Shown piece by piece: positions 18,693 to 28,437 of a stretch of 64,000 bases of DNA. The notes beneath the pieces were generated by a model. That model was not told where the DNA came from, ran no database searches, and saw only the letters and a list, made by a program, of their open reading frames with translations. The stretch covers positions 640,001 through 704,000 of the forward strand of contig CAWHDR010000001.1 in NCBI GenBank assembly GCA_963828165.1, read 5' to 3'. Source of the stretch: an uncultured Chloroflexia bacterium. Lineage in GTDB: Bacteria; Chloroflexota; Limnocylindria; Limnocylindrales; CSP1-4. The stretch's first letter is position 1. Every line of letters starts with the position of its first letter. The translations under genes were made by a program, and so were the position numbers.

Positions 18693-20041
18693 GCGATCAC
18701 TCGGTGCCGCGCGATCCGCAGGGCCTCCGGACGAGCCCGGTCTACACGCCGTCCGTCATCGGCGAGATCCAGGAGAAGGCGGCGCTCGGGCGCTACCTCA
18801 TCCGTGGGTTCGGGACGCTGCGCAGCCGGCCGCTCCCGTCGCTCGACGACCTCACGTTCCTGCCTGCGTCGCTGACCCGGATCCCCCTGGAGGGATATCG
18901 CGAGAAGTGCGTCACGACGACTGTCCTCGGGACACGCTATGCGGAGCAGCCGATCAGGCTCGACATCCCGATCATGATCACCGGCATGAGCTACGGGGCG
19001 CTGTCGCTCAACGCGAAGACCGCCCTGGCCCGAGGCGCGAGCATGGTCGGCGGCTCGACGACCTCCGGCGACGGCGGGATGCTCCGCGCCGAGCGCGAGA
19101 ACTCGAAGACGATGATCGTCGAGGTCCTTCCCAGCCGTTACGGAGCGAACGTCCACCACCTTCGGGAGGCCGACGGGATCGAGCTCACCATCGGCCAGGG
19201 CGCCAAACCGGGCACGGGCGGGCTGCTGCTCGGCTCCAAGGTGTCCGAGGAGATCGCGGAGATCCGCGACCTCCCGCCGGGTGTCGACCAGCGCTCGCCG
19301 GCACGCCACCCGGACTTCCTCGGCCCGGATGACATGACCCTCAAGATCGAGGAGCTCCGCGAGGCGACCGACCACCGGGTCCCGATCTTCGTCAAGATCG
19401 GGGCGACGCGCACCTTCGACGACGTCAAGCTCGCCGCCAAATGCGGGGCGGACGTCGTCGTCGTCGACGGCATGGAGGGCGGCACCGCCGCCTCCCCCGA
19501 GATCCTCCAGGACCATACCGGGATCCCGACGCTCGCCGCCATCGTCGAGGCGCGTCGGGGACTCGAGGATATCGGGATGTACGGCAAGGTCCAGATCATC
19601 GCGGCGGGCGGCATCCGGTCCGGGGTGGACGTGGCCAAGGCCATCGCGCTCGGTGCGGACGCGTGCTACATCGGCACGGCCGCGCTCATCGCCCTCAACT
19701 GCAACGCGCCCCTCTACGTGGAGGACTACGAGGCGCTCGGCACGCAGCCCGGCGCCTGCCACCACTGTCATACCGGCCGCTGCCCGGTCGGCATCACGAC
19801 GCAGGACCCAGACCTGATGGCCCGCCTGCCCGTCGATGAGGCCGCAGAGCGCGTCGCGAATTTCCTCACGGCCATGACCCTGGAGGTCCAGATGCTGGCG
19901 CGCGCCTGCGGCAAGGCCGACATCCACGACCTTGACCCCGACGATCTCCGCGCGCTGACCATGGAGGCCGCGGCGATCACCGGCATCCCGCTCGTCGGGA
20001 CCCACTGGGTGCCGGGCGCCCCGACCCCGGGCCACGGCTGA
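18689..20041 (+). CDS. mgsC: N-methylglutamate synthase subunit C-like (FMN-binding glutamate synthase family, GlxD)
   Basis: ITGMSYGALS, IGQGAKPGTGG, DGMEGGT, CHHCHTGRCPVGITTQ Fe-S motif; GTG overlaps the preceding stop. Confidence 0.9.
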   Translation: MSDHSVPRDPQGLRTSPVYTPSVIGEIQEKAALGRYLIRGFGTLRSRPLPSLDDLTFLPASLTRIPLEGYREKCVTTTVLGTRYAEQPIRLDIPIMITGMSYGALSLNAKTALARGASMVGGSTTSGDGGMLRAERENSKTMIVEVLPSRYGANVHHLREADGIELTIGQGAKPGTGGLLLGSKVSEEIAEIRDLPPGVDQRSPARHPDFLGPDDMTLKIEELREATDHRVPIFVKIGATRTFDDVKLAAKCGADVVVVDGMEGGTAASPEILQDHTGIPTLAAIVEARRGLEDIGMYGKVQIIAAGGIRSGVDVAKAIALGADACYIGTAALIALNCNAPLYVEDYEALGTQPGACHHCHTGRCPVGITTQDPDLMARLPVDEAAERVANFLTAMTLEVQMLARACGKADIHDLDPDDLRALTMEAAAITGIPLVGTHWVPGAPTPGHG

Positions 20042-20053
20042 GCCGGCAGTCGG

Positions 20054-20335
20054 GTGTCCTTCCTCATCGGGTGCCCGCTGTGCGGTCCGCGGGATGTAGC
20101 CGAGTTCCGCTACGGCGGCGAGGTCCAGGCGCGCCCCAGCCCGGGGTCTGAGGTGGCAACGTGGTCGGGGTACCTCTACGGACGGACGAACGTGGCGGGC
20201 GTCGAACGGGCCTGGTGGTTCCATCGGGCCGGGTGCCGGCGCTGGTTCCAGGCCGAGCGCGACACGCGCACGAACCACGTGCTCCGGGTCGGCTGGACAC
20301 TCACGCCCGGTGCGCGCGGGACGCCCGATGGCTGA
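20054..20335 (+). CDS. soxD: Sarcosine oxidase / N-methylglutamate dehydrogenase delta subunit
   Basis: CPLCGPR..EFRYGGE, WFHRAGCRRWF, RDTRTN. Confidence 0.92.
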   Translation: MSFLIGCPLCGPRDVAEFRYGGEVQARPSPGSEVATWSGYLYGRTNVAGVERAWWFHRAGCRRWFQAERDTRTNHVLRVGWTLTPGARGTPDG

Positions 20336-23249
20336 AGCGCAACGGGTCCGCGAAGGTGGGCAGGACCTCCGCCGCGACGAGACGATGGAGTTTCGCTTCG
20401 ACGGGCGGCGGCACCGGGCCGTCGGCGGGGACACCATCGCGTCGGCGCTCGTGGCGGATGGGGTCGAGGTGCTGTCGAGAAGCTTCAAGTACCACCGGCC
20501 ACGCGGCGTGCTGTGCTGCTCCGGGCGATGCCCGAACTGCCTGGTGGATGTCGATGGCGAGCCGAACGTCCGCGCGTGCGTCACCCCGGTCACCCCGGGG
20601 ATGCGGGTGCGCAGCCAGAACCGGATGCCCTCGCTTCGATTCGACATCCTCAGCCTGACCGACCGGTTCGACCGGTTCTTCCCCATCGGCTTCTACTACA
20701 AGACGTTCATCCGGCCGCGCAGCTTCTGGCCCCTGTACGAGATGGTCCTGCGCCGCATCGCCGGCCTGGGTCGGATCGATCCGTCCGCCCGGCCCGATCT
20801 CCGTCCCCGCAAGCGGCACCTCCACGCCGATGTCGTGGTCGTGGGTGGCGGGCCGGCGGGCTGTCTCGCGGCACTCGAGGCTGCGGACACCGGAGCGCGA
20901 GTGATCCTCATCGATGACGGCACGGCACTGGGCGGCCACCTCCGCCTGCGGACCCGCGCCGTCTCGCGCGACGCCGACCCGCGCATCGGCGGGCTATCCG
21001 GTCAGGAGGCGGCGGTTCGCCTGGCCGCCCTCGTCGCCGGGCAACCCCAGATCGAACACCTTGTTGGTGCGACGGCCATCGGGCTGTATGACGGTGGGCT
21101 GGTCGGGGCCGTGCAGGACCGGACCTTCGCCCGGATCCGCGCCGGCCGGATCGTGCTGGCCACCGGGTCAGCCGAACGGCCGGAGCTGTTCGATGCGAAC
21201 GACCGGCCGGGGATCATGCTCGCGTCGGGCATCCTGCGCCTCGCTCACCTGCATGGCGTACGCGCGGGACCCTCCGCGGTGGTCGTGACCGACGACGATC
21301 ACGGCTGGCGGCAGGCGGCCGAGCTGGTGGCGGCCGGGATCCGAGTGCACGCGGTCGTCGACTCTCGCAGCGACGGTGGGGCGGCGTTGGCGGATGCGGC
21401 CGCCGCGCTCGCCGCGAACGGCACGGAGCTCCTGACCGGCGCGACGATCCTCGGCTCGACTGGTCGGGCCCGGGTGAGCGGGCTGCAGATCCGCACGGCG
21501 GACGGCGCTGAGCGCACCCTGGAGACCGCGCTCGTCGCGATGGCCACCCGGCCCGAACCGGTCGTCACGCTGGCCGCCCAGGCGGGGATCGAGTTGGCCT
21601 TCGAGCCGCGATTGGCCGAATGGATCCCGAGCGGCACCTCCGCCGACGTCCTGGTCACCGGTCACATGACCGGCCTCGTCGATGACGCCCTCATCGGTGC
21701 GGGCGCCGTCCTCGCCGGCAGGCTCGCGGCAGCGGGAGCGTCGTCAGGAGGCTCGCCGGCCGCCCGCTTCCCGGACCTCGAGGCGCATCACGCCTCGGTC
21801 GCGGCCGCCATGGCGTCGCTGCCGGAACCCGCCGCGGCCGCGGTGCCGGTGGGTCGCAAGGCGTTCGTCTGCATCTGCGAGGACGTGACCACCAAGGAGC
21901 TGGCCCAGGGTGTCCGCGAAGGGTTCGACTCCCTGGAGATGCTGAAGCGTTACAGCACGGTCACGATGGGCCCGTGTCAGGGCAAGCAGTGCCATGGCAA
22001 CGCCGCGCGGATCACCGCGGCAGCGACGGGGGCGTCACGCGAGGCGACCGGGCTGACGACCTTCCGGCCACCGGTCCAGCCGGTGCCGATGGCGGTGCTC
22101 GCCGGGCCGCACCTCGACCCTGTCCGGCGAACAGCCCTGCACGATCGTCACGACGCGCTCGGTGCGACGTGGATGGACATGGGCGACTGGAAGCGCCCGC
22201 TGCACTACGGTGACGTCGACGCTGAGGTCCGCTCCGTCCACGAGCGGGTCGGGCTGATCGATGTCTCCACCCTCGGCAAGCTCGACGTGCGCGGCCGCGA
22301 CGCGGCTACCTTTCTCGACTGGCTCCATCCGAACCGCTTCAGCGACCTCAAGGTGGGCCGCATCCGCTACCGGGCGATGACCGACGATGCCGGGATCATC
22401 CTGGACGACGGCACGGTCGCGCGCCTTGGTGACGACCGGTTCTTCGTCACGACCGGCACCGGCAGCCTGGATGCGGTCGACGGCTGGCTGCGCTGGTGGC
22501 TGGCTGCGTCGGACCGGCGGGTCGACGTCACCAACGTGACCGCCCGCTTCGCGGCGATGAACCTCGCCGGGCCACGGGCACGCGAGGTGCTCGCCCGCCT
22601 CACCGACGTGGACGTGTCGGCGGAGGGCCTGCGCTACCTCGACGCCCGCGAAGGTCTCGTGGCCGGGGTCCCAACGACCATCCTGCGCATCGGCTTCGTC
22701 GGCGAGCTGGCGTACGAGCTCCACGTCCCGGCCGACCAGGCCGCGCACCTGTGGGACGCCCTGATGACGGCGGGCGCTGACGCCGGGATCCGGGCGTTCG
22801 GCGTGGAGGCCCAGCGGGTGCTCCGTCTCGAGAAGCAGCACGCCATCGTCGGCCAGGACACGGACGCCCTGTCCGACCCGCGCGGTGCTGCGATGGGCTG
22901 GCTGATCAAGGGCGAGCGCCCCGACTTCATCGGGCGAGACGCATTCGCGGCGTCCGCGGAGCGCGGGTCGCGCGATGTCCTCGCAGGTTTCGAGATGGTC
23001 GGCACGGCCGTGCCCGCCGAGGGTTCGGCCGTCATCCGCGACGGCCGCTACATCGGCCGGGTCACGAGCAGCAAATGGAGCCCGACGCTCGGCAAGGCCA
23101 TCGGGCTCGCCTGGCTCCCGGCGGAGGACGCCGTCGACGATCGGGCGATCACCGTTCGGCTGGGCACCGGCCGGGAAGGGGCCACAGCCCCGGCGGTGGT
23201 GCGGACGTCGCCGTTCTACGACCCGGCCGGAGAGCGGGTTCGCTCATGA
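20328..23249 (+). CDS. soxA: Sarcosine oxidase / N-methylglutamate dehydrogenase alpha subunit
   Basis: SRSFKYHRPRG, CCSGRCPNC, VVGGGPAG, CICEDVT, MGPCQGKQC, C-terminal GcvT-like folate domain. Confidence 0.93.
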   Translation: MAEAQRVREGGQDLRRDETMEFRFDGRRHRAVGGDTIASALVADGVEVLSRSFKYHRPRGVLCCSGRCPNCLVDVDGEPNVRACVTPVTPGMRVRSQNRMPSLRFDILSLTDRFDRFFPIGFYYKTFIRPRSFWPLYEMVLRRIAGLGRIDPSARPDLRPRKRHLHADVVVVGGGPAGCLAALEAADTGARVILIDDGTALGGHLRLRTRAVSRDADPRIGGLSGQEAAVRLAALVAGQPQIEHLVGATAIGLYDGGLVGAVQDRTFARIRAGRIVLATGSAERPELFDANDRPGIMLASGILRLAHLHGVRAGPSAVVVTDDDHGWRQAAELVAAGIRVHAVVDSRSDGGAALADAAAALAANGTELLTGATILGSTGRARVSGLQIRTADGAERTLETALVAMATRPEPVVTLAAQAGIELAFEPRLAEWIPSGTSADVLVTGHMTGLVDDALIGAGAVLAGRLAAAGASSGGSPAARFPDLEAHHASVAAAMASLPEPAAAAVPVGRKAFVCICEDVTTKELAQGVREGFDSLEMLKRYSTVTMGPCQGKQCHGNAARITAAATGASREATGLTTFRPPVQPVPMAVLAGPHLDPVRRTALHDRHDALGATWMDMGDWKRPLHYGDVDAEVRSVHERVGLIDVSTLGKLDVRGRDAATFLDWLHPNRFSDLKVGRIRYRAMTDDAGIILDDGTVARLGDDRFFVTTGTGSLDAVDGWLRWWLAASDRRVDVTNVTARFAAMNLAGPRAREVLARLTDVDVSAEGLRYLDAREGLVAGVPTTILRIGFVGELAYELHVPADQAAHLWDALMTAGADAGIRAFGVEAQRVLRLEKQHAIVGQDTDALSDPRGAAMGWLIKGERPDFIGRDAFAASAERGSRDVLAGFEMVGTAVPAEGSAVIRDGRYIGRVTSSKWSPTLGKAIGLAWLPAEDAVDDRAITVRLGTGREGATAPAVVRTSPFYDPAGERVRS

Positions 23250-23986
23250 GTGCCGGCATGGCACCGGCCGTCCGACGCAGCGCCATCGAGGCTGCCCACG
23301 TCGCGCTTGGCGCCGCGTGGCTCGCGGACGACGTCCGCTGGCCCTCTGGCTACGGCGATGCCACGGCGGAGGCTTCCGCGGTGGCCACGGCGGCAGGTCT
23401 TGCCGAGCTCGGACCATTCGCAGAGCTGCTGCTGCGCGGACCAGCGGCCGCGGAGGTGGTCGCCCGCCTGACAGCAGGCGCCGCCACGGCCGGCGGCGCG
23501 ACGGCCGGCGGCGCCACGGCCGGCGGCGCCACGGCGCCCGACCGCCCGGCCGTGGTCCCGGTGCCGCTGGGCGAGGTGGCAGTCGCCGGGTGGTTCCTCG
23601 CGCCGGACGAGGTGCTCCTGGTGGGGCCGCTGAGCGGCTGGGCCGCGAACCTCGCGGCCCGCGTCGCCGGCACCGACGTCTCCGCCATCGAGATGACCGG
23701 GGCCCGCGCCACGCTGCGGCTGGTCGGTCCCGCCGCGCCAGCCATCCTGGCCGAGCTCTGCCCGGCGAACACGACCCCCACCTCGCTCCCCGAGGGTGCG
23801 CTGGTCCAGGCACCGCTCGCGGGACCGCGAGCCTTCCTGACCCGGCGCGACCATGGCGGCCAGCCCGGCTACACGTGGATGGTGGCGCGGGACGAGGCGC
23901 GCTACGTGTGGGAGTCCGTCCTGCACGTCGGCGAGCACCACGGCCTCGTCGCCGTGGGCCCGGCCGCCGTCGGAGGCGATCGATGA
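23246..23986 (+). CDS. soxG: Sarcosine oxidase gamma subunit-like (GcvT fold)
   Basis: WFLAPDEVLL, LRLVGPAAPAILAELC, ARYVWE; ATGA-coupled on both sides. Confidence 0.75.
   Translation: MSAGMAPAVRRSAIEAAHVALGAAWLADDVRWPSGYGDATAEASAVATAAGLAELGPFAELLLRGPAAAEVVARLTAGAATAGGATAGGATAGGATAPDRPAVVPVPLGEVAVAGWFLAPDEVLLVGPLSGWAANLAARVAGTDVSAIEMTGARATLRLVGPAAPAILAELCPANTTPTSLPEGALVQAPLAGPRAFLTRRDHGGQPGYTWMVARDEARYVWESVLHVGEHHGLVAVGPAAVGGDR
23477..23536 (+). repeat. 4 x 15-bp in-frame tandem repeat (GGATA-like peptide)
   Basis: ggcgccgccacggcc ggcggcgcgacggcc ggcggcgccacggcc ggcggcgccacggcg. Confidence 0.85.
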
Positions 23987-25194
23987 TCGGGCCGCTTCGT
24001 CGCTGGCGCGTCACCCGCCCGCGCGAGCTGCGGACGAGCTACGACGTCGTCATCATCGGCGGCGGCGTCCACGGCCTCGCCATCGCCTACGAGCTCGCCA
24101 GGCGCGGCGTTCGGAACGTGGCCGTCCTCGAGAAGTGGTACATCGGCGCCGGTGGCAGCGGCCGGAACACCGCCATCGTGCGCTCCAACTACCGCACCCC
24201 GGAGGGCGTCGCGTTCTATGACGAATCGGTGCGCATCTACGAGCGGCTCTCGGTCGAGCTCGGATTCAACGTCCTGTTCAGCCAGCACGGGCACCTGACC
24301 CTCGCCCATACCGACTCGGCCGTCGCCGGCCTGCGCGTTCGGGCCGAGGTCAACCAGCTGCTCGGTGTCGACTCCGTGGTCCTCGACCGGGAGGAGATCC
24401 GGGACCTCGCGCCCGCCCTCGACCTCACGGACCGGCCGCGCTACCCCATCCATGCGGCGCTGTACCATCCCCCGGGCGGGATCATCCGGCATGACGCGGT
24501 GGTGTGGGGCTATGCCCGGCGGGCGGCCGAGATGGGCGTCGATATCCACCAGGGCGTCGAGGTCACCGGTATCGACCTCGCCGACGGCCGGATCGCCGGC
24601 GTCCAGACGAACCAGGGGCCGATCCGTGCCGGGACGGTCGTGAATGCCACGGCCGGCTGGGCCACCACCATCGCGGACATGGCCGGCGTGCGCCTGCCGA
24701 TCGTCACGCATCCGCTCCAGGCGCTCGTCACGGAGCCGCTCAAGCCGTTCTTGAACCCTGTCCTCGTGTCGGCCACGTTGCACGTGTACGTGAGCCAGAC
24801 CGACCGCGGCGAACTGGTGATCGGGGCGGAGATCGATCCGTACGCGTCGTACAGTCATCGCTCGACACTCGCCTTCATGGAGACCTCCGCCGCGCATGTC
24901 CTCGAGCTGCTGCCGTCCGTCGCCGGCGTCCGCGTCCTGCGCCAGTGGGCCGGGATCTGCGACATGACACCCGACTTCAGTCCGATCATCGGGACGGTCC
25001 CCGACGTACCCGGGTTCATCCTGGACGTCGGCTGGGGGACCTACGGGTTCAAGGCGGGCCCGGTCTCCGGCCGGCGTGTCGCGGAACTCATCGCGACCGG
25101 GCGCACGCCCGAGGTGCTGGCGCCCTTCACCATCGAACAATTCTCCACGGGGACGCTCATCGGCGAGAAGGCAGCGGCGGCGGTGTCGCACTAG
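23983..25194 (+). CDS. soxB: Sarcosine oxidase / N-methylglutamate dehydrogenase beta subunit (FAD)
   Basis: IIGGGVHG, GSGRNTAIVRSNY, GGIIRHDAVVWGYA, DMTPDFSPI, GWGTYGFKAGP. Confidence 0.92.
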   Translation: MIGPLRRWRVTRPRELRTSYDVVIIGGGVHGLAIAYELARRGVRNVAVLEKWYIGAGGSGRNTAIVRSNYRTPEGVAFYDESVRIYERLSVELGFNVLFSQHGHLTLAHTDSAVAGLRVRAEVNQLLGVDSVVLDREEIRDLAPALDLTDRPRYPIHAALYHPPGGIIRHDAVVWGYARRAAEMGVDIHQGVEVTGIDLADGRIAGVQTNQGPIRAGTVVNATAGWATTIADMAGVRLPIVTHPLQALVTEPLKPFLNPVLVSATLHVYVSQTDRGELVIGAEIDPYASYSHRSTLAFMETSAAHVLELLPSVAGVRVLRQWAGICDMTPDFSPIIGTVPDVPGFILDVGWGTYGFKAGPVSGRRVAELIATGRTPEVLAPFTIEQFSTGTLIGEKAAAAVSH

Positions 25195-25226
25195 CGGCGA
25201 AGCTCCAGGCAGGCAAGGAGGCGGAC

Positions 25227-26612
25227 ATGGTCGAGGCCACGGCGGACGCTGAGCCCAATCAGGGCGACATCGAGCGGCGGCTCAAGGATGACGGCGTCAC
25301 CTACATGCTCGCCCAGTGGGTCGACATCCACGGCACGCCGCGCTGCAAGGGCGTCCCGGCCAGCGCCTTCGACCAGTTCGTCGGCGGGAGCGCGGGCTTC
25401 GCCGGCGCGGCCACGGTCGGCATGGGGCAGGGACCACATGACCACGACCTCATCGGCATGCCGGATCTCGCGACCTACACCCCCGTGCCCTGGGAGGAGG
25501 GGGTCGCCCGCTTCGCCTGCGACATCCAGGTCGATGGCCAACCGTGGCCGTACTGCTCGCGAACCGCCCTGAAGCGACAGATCGAGCGTCTGGCCGGGAT
25601 CGGCTACGTGATCAAGATCGGCGTCGAGGCCGAGCACATGCTGGTGACGCGCCGCCCGGACGGCACGATCGCGCCGTTCGATCCGTCCGGCTTCGACACC
25701 CTCGAGAAGCCCTGCTACGACTTCAAGAGCCTGGCTGCGAGTCTCCCCTACCTGCGCACCCTGGTCACCTACATGGAGGACCTTGGCTGGGAACCGTATG
25801 CCTCGGACCACGAGGATGGGACCGGCCAGTTCGAGCTCAACTGGAAGTACGCCGACGCGCTGACCACGGCCGACCGCTACACCTTCTTCAAGATGATGAC
25901 CAACCAGGTCGCCCAGCGGTACGGAGCCATCGCGACGCACATGCCGAAGCCGTTCAGCAAGCTGACCGGCAACGGCAGCCATTTCCACTTCTCGCTGTGG
26001 GACGAAGACGGGCAGAACGCCTTCATCGGCGAGGATGACGCTCGTGGTCTCGGGCAGTCGAAGCTCGCCTACCACTTCCTGGCCGGGCTGCTGACCCACG
26101 CCCGGGCGCTGTCGGCGATCATCGCGCCGACCGTCAACTGCTACAAGCGGCTGTCGATGGGCGCCTACCTGACCGGGGCGCGCTCCGGGTTCACCTGGAC
26201 GCCGGCATTCATCACGTACGGCGACAACAACCGGACCCAGATGTTCCGGGTCCCCGACCCCGGTCGATTCGAATGCCGGGTCGTGTCCGGCGCGGTCAAC
26301 CCGTACCTTGGGACCGCGGCGTTCATCGCGGCGGGGATGGACGGCATCGAGCGCGAGCTGGACCCGGGCGATCCACTCACCGGCCGGAACATGTACGAGA
26401 CACCCCTCGAGGATGCTCGCCGCGAGGGCCTCCGCTTCCTGCCGCAGAGCCTGTCCGAGGCCATCGACGAGCTCGAGGCGGATGAGGTCGTCCAAGCCGG
26501 GCTCGGGCCAGAGCTTGCCGCCGAGTTCATCCGGGTGAAACGCCAGGAGTGGGTGCGCTACCACAGCGACGTGAGCCGCTGGGAGATCGACCAGTACCTG
26601 ACGCTGTTCTGA
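25227..26612 (+). CDS. gmaS: Glutamine synthetase-like, probable gamma-glutamylmethylamide synthetase
   Basis: GFAGAA, KPCYD, DHEDGTGQFELNW, MPKPF..LTGNGSHFH, YGDNNRT; AAGGAGG RBS; lies within the mgs/sox cluster. Confidence 0.82.
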   Translation: MVEATADAEPNQGDIERRLKDDGVTYMLAQWVDIHGTPRCKGVPASAFDQFVGGSAGFAGAATVGMGQGPHDHDLIGMPDLATYTPVPWEEGVARFACDIQVDGQPWPYCSRTALKRQIERLAGIGYVIKIGVEAEHMLVTRRPDGTIAPFDPSGFDTLEKPCYDFKSLAASLPYLRTLVTYMEDLGWEPYASDHEDGTGQFELNWKYADALTTADRYTFFKMMTNQVAQRYGAIATHMPKPFSKLTGNGSHFHFSLWDEDGQNAFIGEDDARGLGQSKLAYHFLAGLLTHARALSAIIAPTVNCYKRLSMGAYLTGARSGFTWTPAFITYGDNNRTQMFRVPDPGRFECRVVSGAVNPYLGTAAFIAAGMDGIERELDPGDPLTGRNMYETPLEDARREGLRFLPQSLSEAIDELEADEVVQAGLGPELAAEFIRVKRQEWVRYHSDVSRWEIDQYLTLF

Positions 26613-26643
26613 TGCCCGTTCGATGCGGGCGTGAGGTGGAGAG

Positions 26644-27777
26644 ATGACCGCATCCTGGCGTTTCTCGGCGATCGCCGACCGGCACCGCGCACTTGGCTCT
26701 GCGCTCGAGGACTGGAACGGCATGGGCACGGCGTGGACGTACGACAAGGACATTCACGAGGAGCACCGGGCCATCCGGACGAAGGCCGGGCTGATGGACG
26801 TCTCGGGGTTGAAGAAGGTCCACCTCGTCGGGCCGCACGCGGCGCACGTCCTGGACCGAGCCACCACGCGCGACGTGCACCGGATCTACCCGGGGCGCTC
26901 GGCCTACGCGTGCATGCTCGACGAGCGAGGGATGTTCGTGGAGGATTGCATCGTGTACCGGACGGGCCCCACGGCATGGATGGTCGTCCACGGCTCGGGC
27001 ACGGGCCACGAGGAGCTGCAGCGCGCAGCCGTGGGCAAGAACGTCGCCATGCTGTTCGACGATGACCTGCACGACCTGTCCCTCCAGGGGCCCCTCGCGG
27101 TGGACTTCCTGCAACGCCACGTGCCGGACATCCGGGAGCTGCCCTACTTCCACCACGTGCAGACCCGTCTGTTCGACGCACCGGTGATGCTGTCGCGGAC
27201 CGGCTACACGGGCGAGCGCGGCTACGAGATCTTCTGCCGCGCCCAGGACGCGCCGATGCTCTGGGACACGATCCTGTCCGAGGGCGCGGACATGGGCATC
27301 ATCCCGTGCCGGTTCACGGTGCTCGACATGCTCCGGGTCGAGAGCTACCTGCTGTTCTACCCGTACGACAATTCGCAGATGTACCCGTTCGAGGACGAGC
27401 CGCCAGGCGACACGCTCTGGGAGCTCGGCCTGCAGTTCACGGTGACCCCCGGCAAGACCGGGTTCCGCGGCGCGGAGGAGCACGCCAGGCTGAAGGACCG
27501 GGAGCGGTTCAGGATCTTCGGCGTGCTCGTGGACGGCGACACCGCGACGGCCGAAGGCGACGAGCTGTGGGCCGATGGCCGCAAGGTCGGGGTCATCACC
27601 TGCGGGATGTACTCGACGCTCACCGACCGGTCCATGGCCATCGCCCGGATGGACGTGGACCGGGCCGTGCAGGGCAGCCCCCTGGAAGTGCGCGGTGCCA
27701 GCGTCAACGGACCCGCCACCGCGCACGCGCTGCCGTTCGACGACCCGCAGAAGACGAAGCGGAACGCGGTGGGCTGA
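26644..27777 (+). CDS. dmmD: Aminomethyltransferase (GcvT family), DmmD-like subunit of dimethylamine monooxygenase
   Basis: LEDWNGMGTAW, GLMDVSGL, SRTGYTGERGYEI, LRVESYLLFYPYD; first gene of a dmmDABC-like block. Confidence 0.8.
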   Translation: MTASWRFSAIADRHRALGSALEDWNGMGTAWTYDKDIHEEHRAIRTKAGLMDVSGLKKVHLVGPHAAHVLDRATTRDVHRIYPGRSAYACMLDERGMFVEDCIVYRTGPTAWMVVHGSGTGHEELQRAAVGKNVAMLFDDDLHDLSLQGPLAVDFLQRHVPDIRELPYFHHVQTRLFDAPVMLSRTGYTGERGYEIFCRAQDAPMLWDTILSEGADMGIIPCRFTVLDMLRVESYLLFYPYDNSQMYPFEDEPPGDTLWELGLQFTVTPGKTGFRGAEEHARLKDRERFRIFGVLVDGDTATAEGDELWADGRKVGVITCGMYSTLTDRSMAIARMDVDRAVQGSPLEVRGASVNGPATAHALPFDDPQKTKRNAVG

Positions 27778-27825
27778 TCGTGCGGCAAGCCCGGCGACCG
27801 GCGACTCGGGTGGAGGCCTGACCCG

Positions 27826-28437
27826 ATGCTGGTCGACGGCATCAAGAGCCGCCCGGTCTACACGACCCTCGCAGCTCGCCGCGGGCGGCTGCACCTGATC
27901 CTCACCGACGATGGGGGCACGCCAGCCGTCCTGGGCATGATCGGCGCCGCGTCCGACGAGTTCCTCGCCCGCGCCGTCCTGATCCACGCACCGTCGCCCC
28001 ACGGACGCGACGAGGGCGGCGCCCTTGGCCGCAGCCTCGCGGGGGCCGGGACGGGCACGGTCCTCCTGGCAGGCGACGAGGACGAGGCGGTCGCCGCGCT
28101 CGACAGCGCGCTCGCCGACGCGCGCATGGGCACGCAGGTCTATGTGGCGGGCACGGAGAACCTCATCGCACGCGTCGTCGAGACCGCGGTGGCGGCCGGC
28201 CTCGAGCTCGGTGCCATCATGGCCGAGCACCGCGGTTCCCACGAGCGTCGGGTCCAGTGCGTCCACTGCAAGGCGATCACCGATCACGTCACGACGCAGC
28301 CGGTCCGGTGCGCAGGGTGCGGGCTCGCGCTGCTCGTTCGGGACCACTACTCGCGACGGATCGGCGCGTTCCAGGGCGTGTCTATCGACGCCGAGGAACC
28401 CGGCACGGCTCCGGACCCGACGGCGCTGTTCGCGTGA
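27826..28437 (+). CDS. dmmA: Dimethylamine monooxygenase subunit DmmA-like
   Basis: IKSRPVY N-terminus; C-terminal RRVQCVHCK...CAGCGLALLVRDHYSRRIGAFQGV zinc ribbon. Confidence 0.82.
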   Translation: MLVDGIKSRPVYTTLAARRGRLHLILTDDGGTPAVLGMIGAASDEFLARAVLIHAPSPHGRDEGGALGRSLAGAGTGTVLLAGDEDEAVAALDSALADARMGTQVYVAGTENLIARVVETAVAAGLELGAIMAEHRGSHERRVQCVHCKAITDHVTTQPVRCAGCGLALLVRDHYSRRIGAFQGVSIDAEEPGTAPDPTALFA

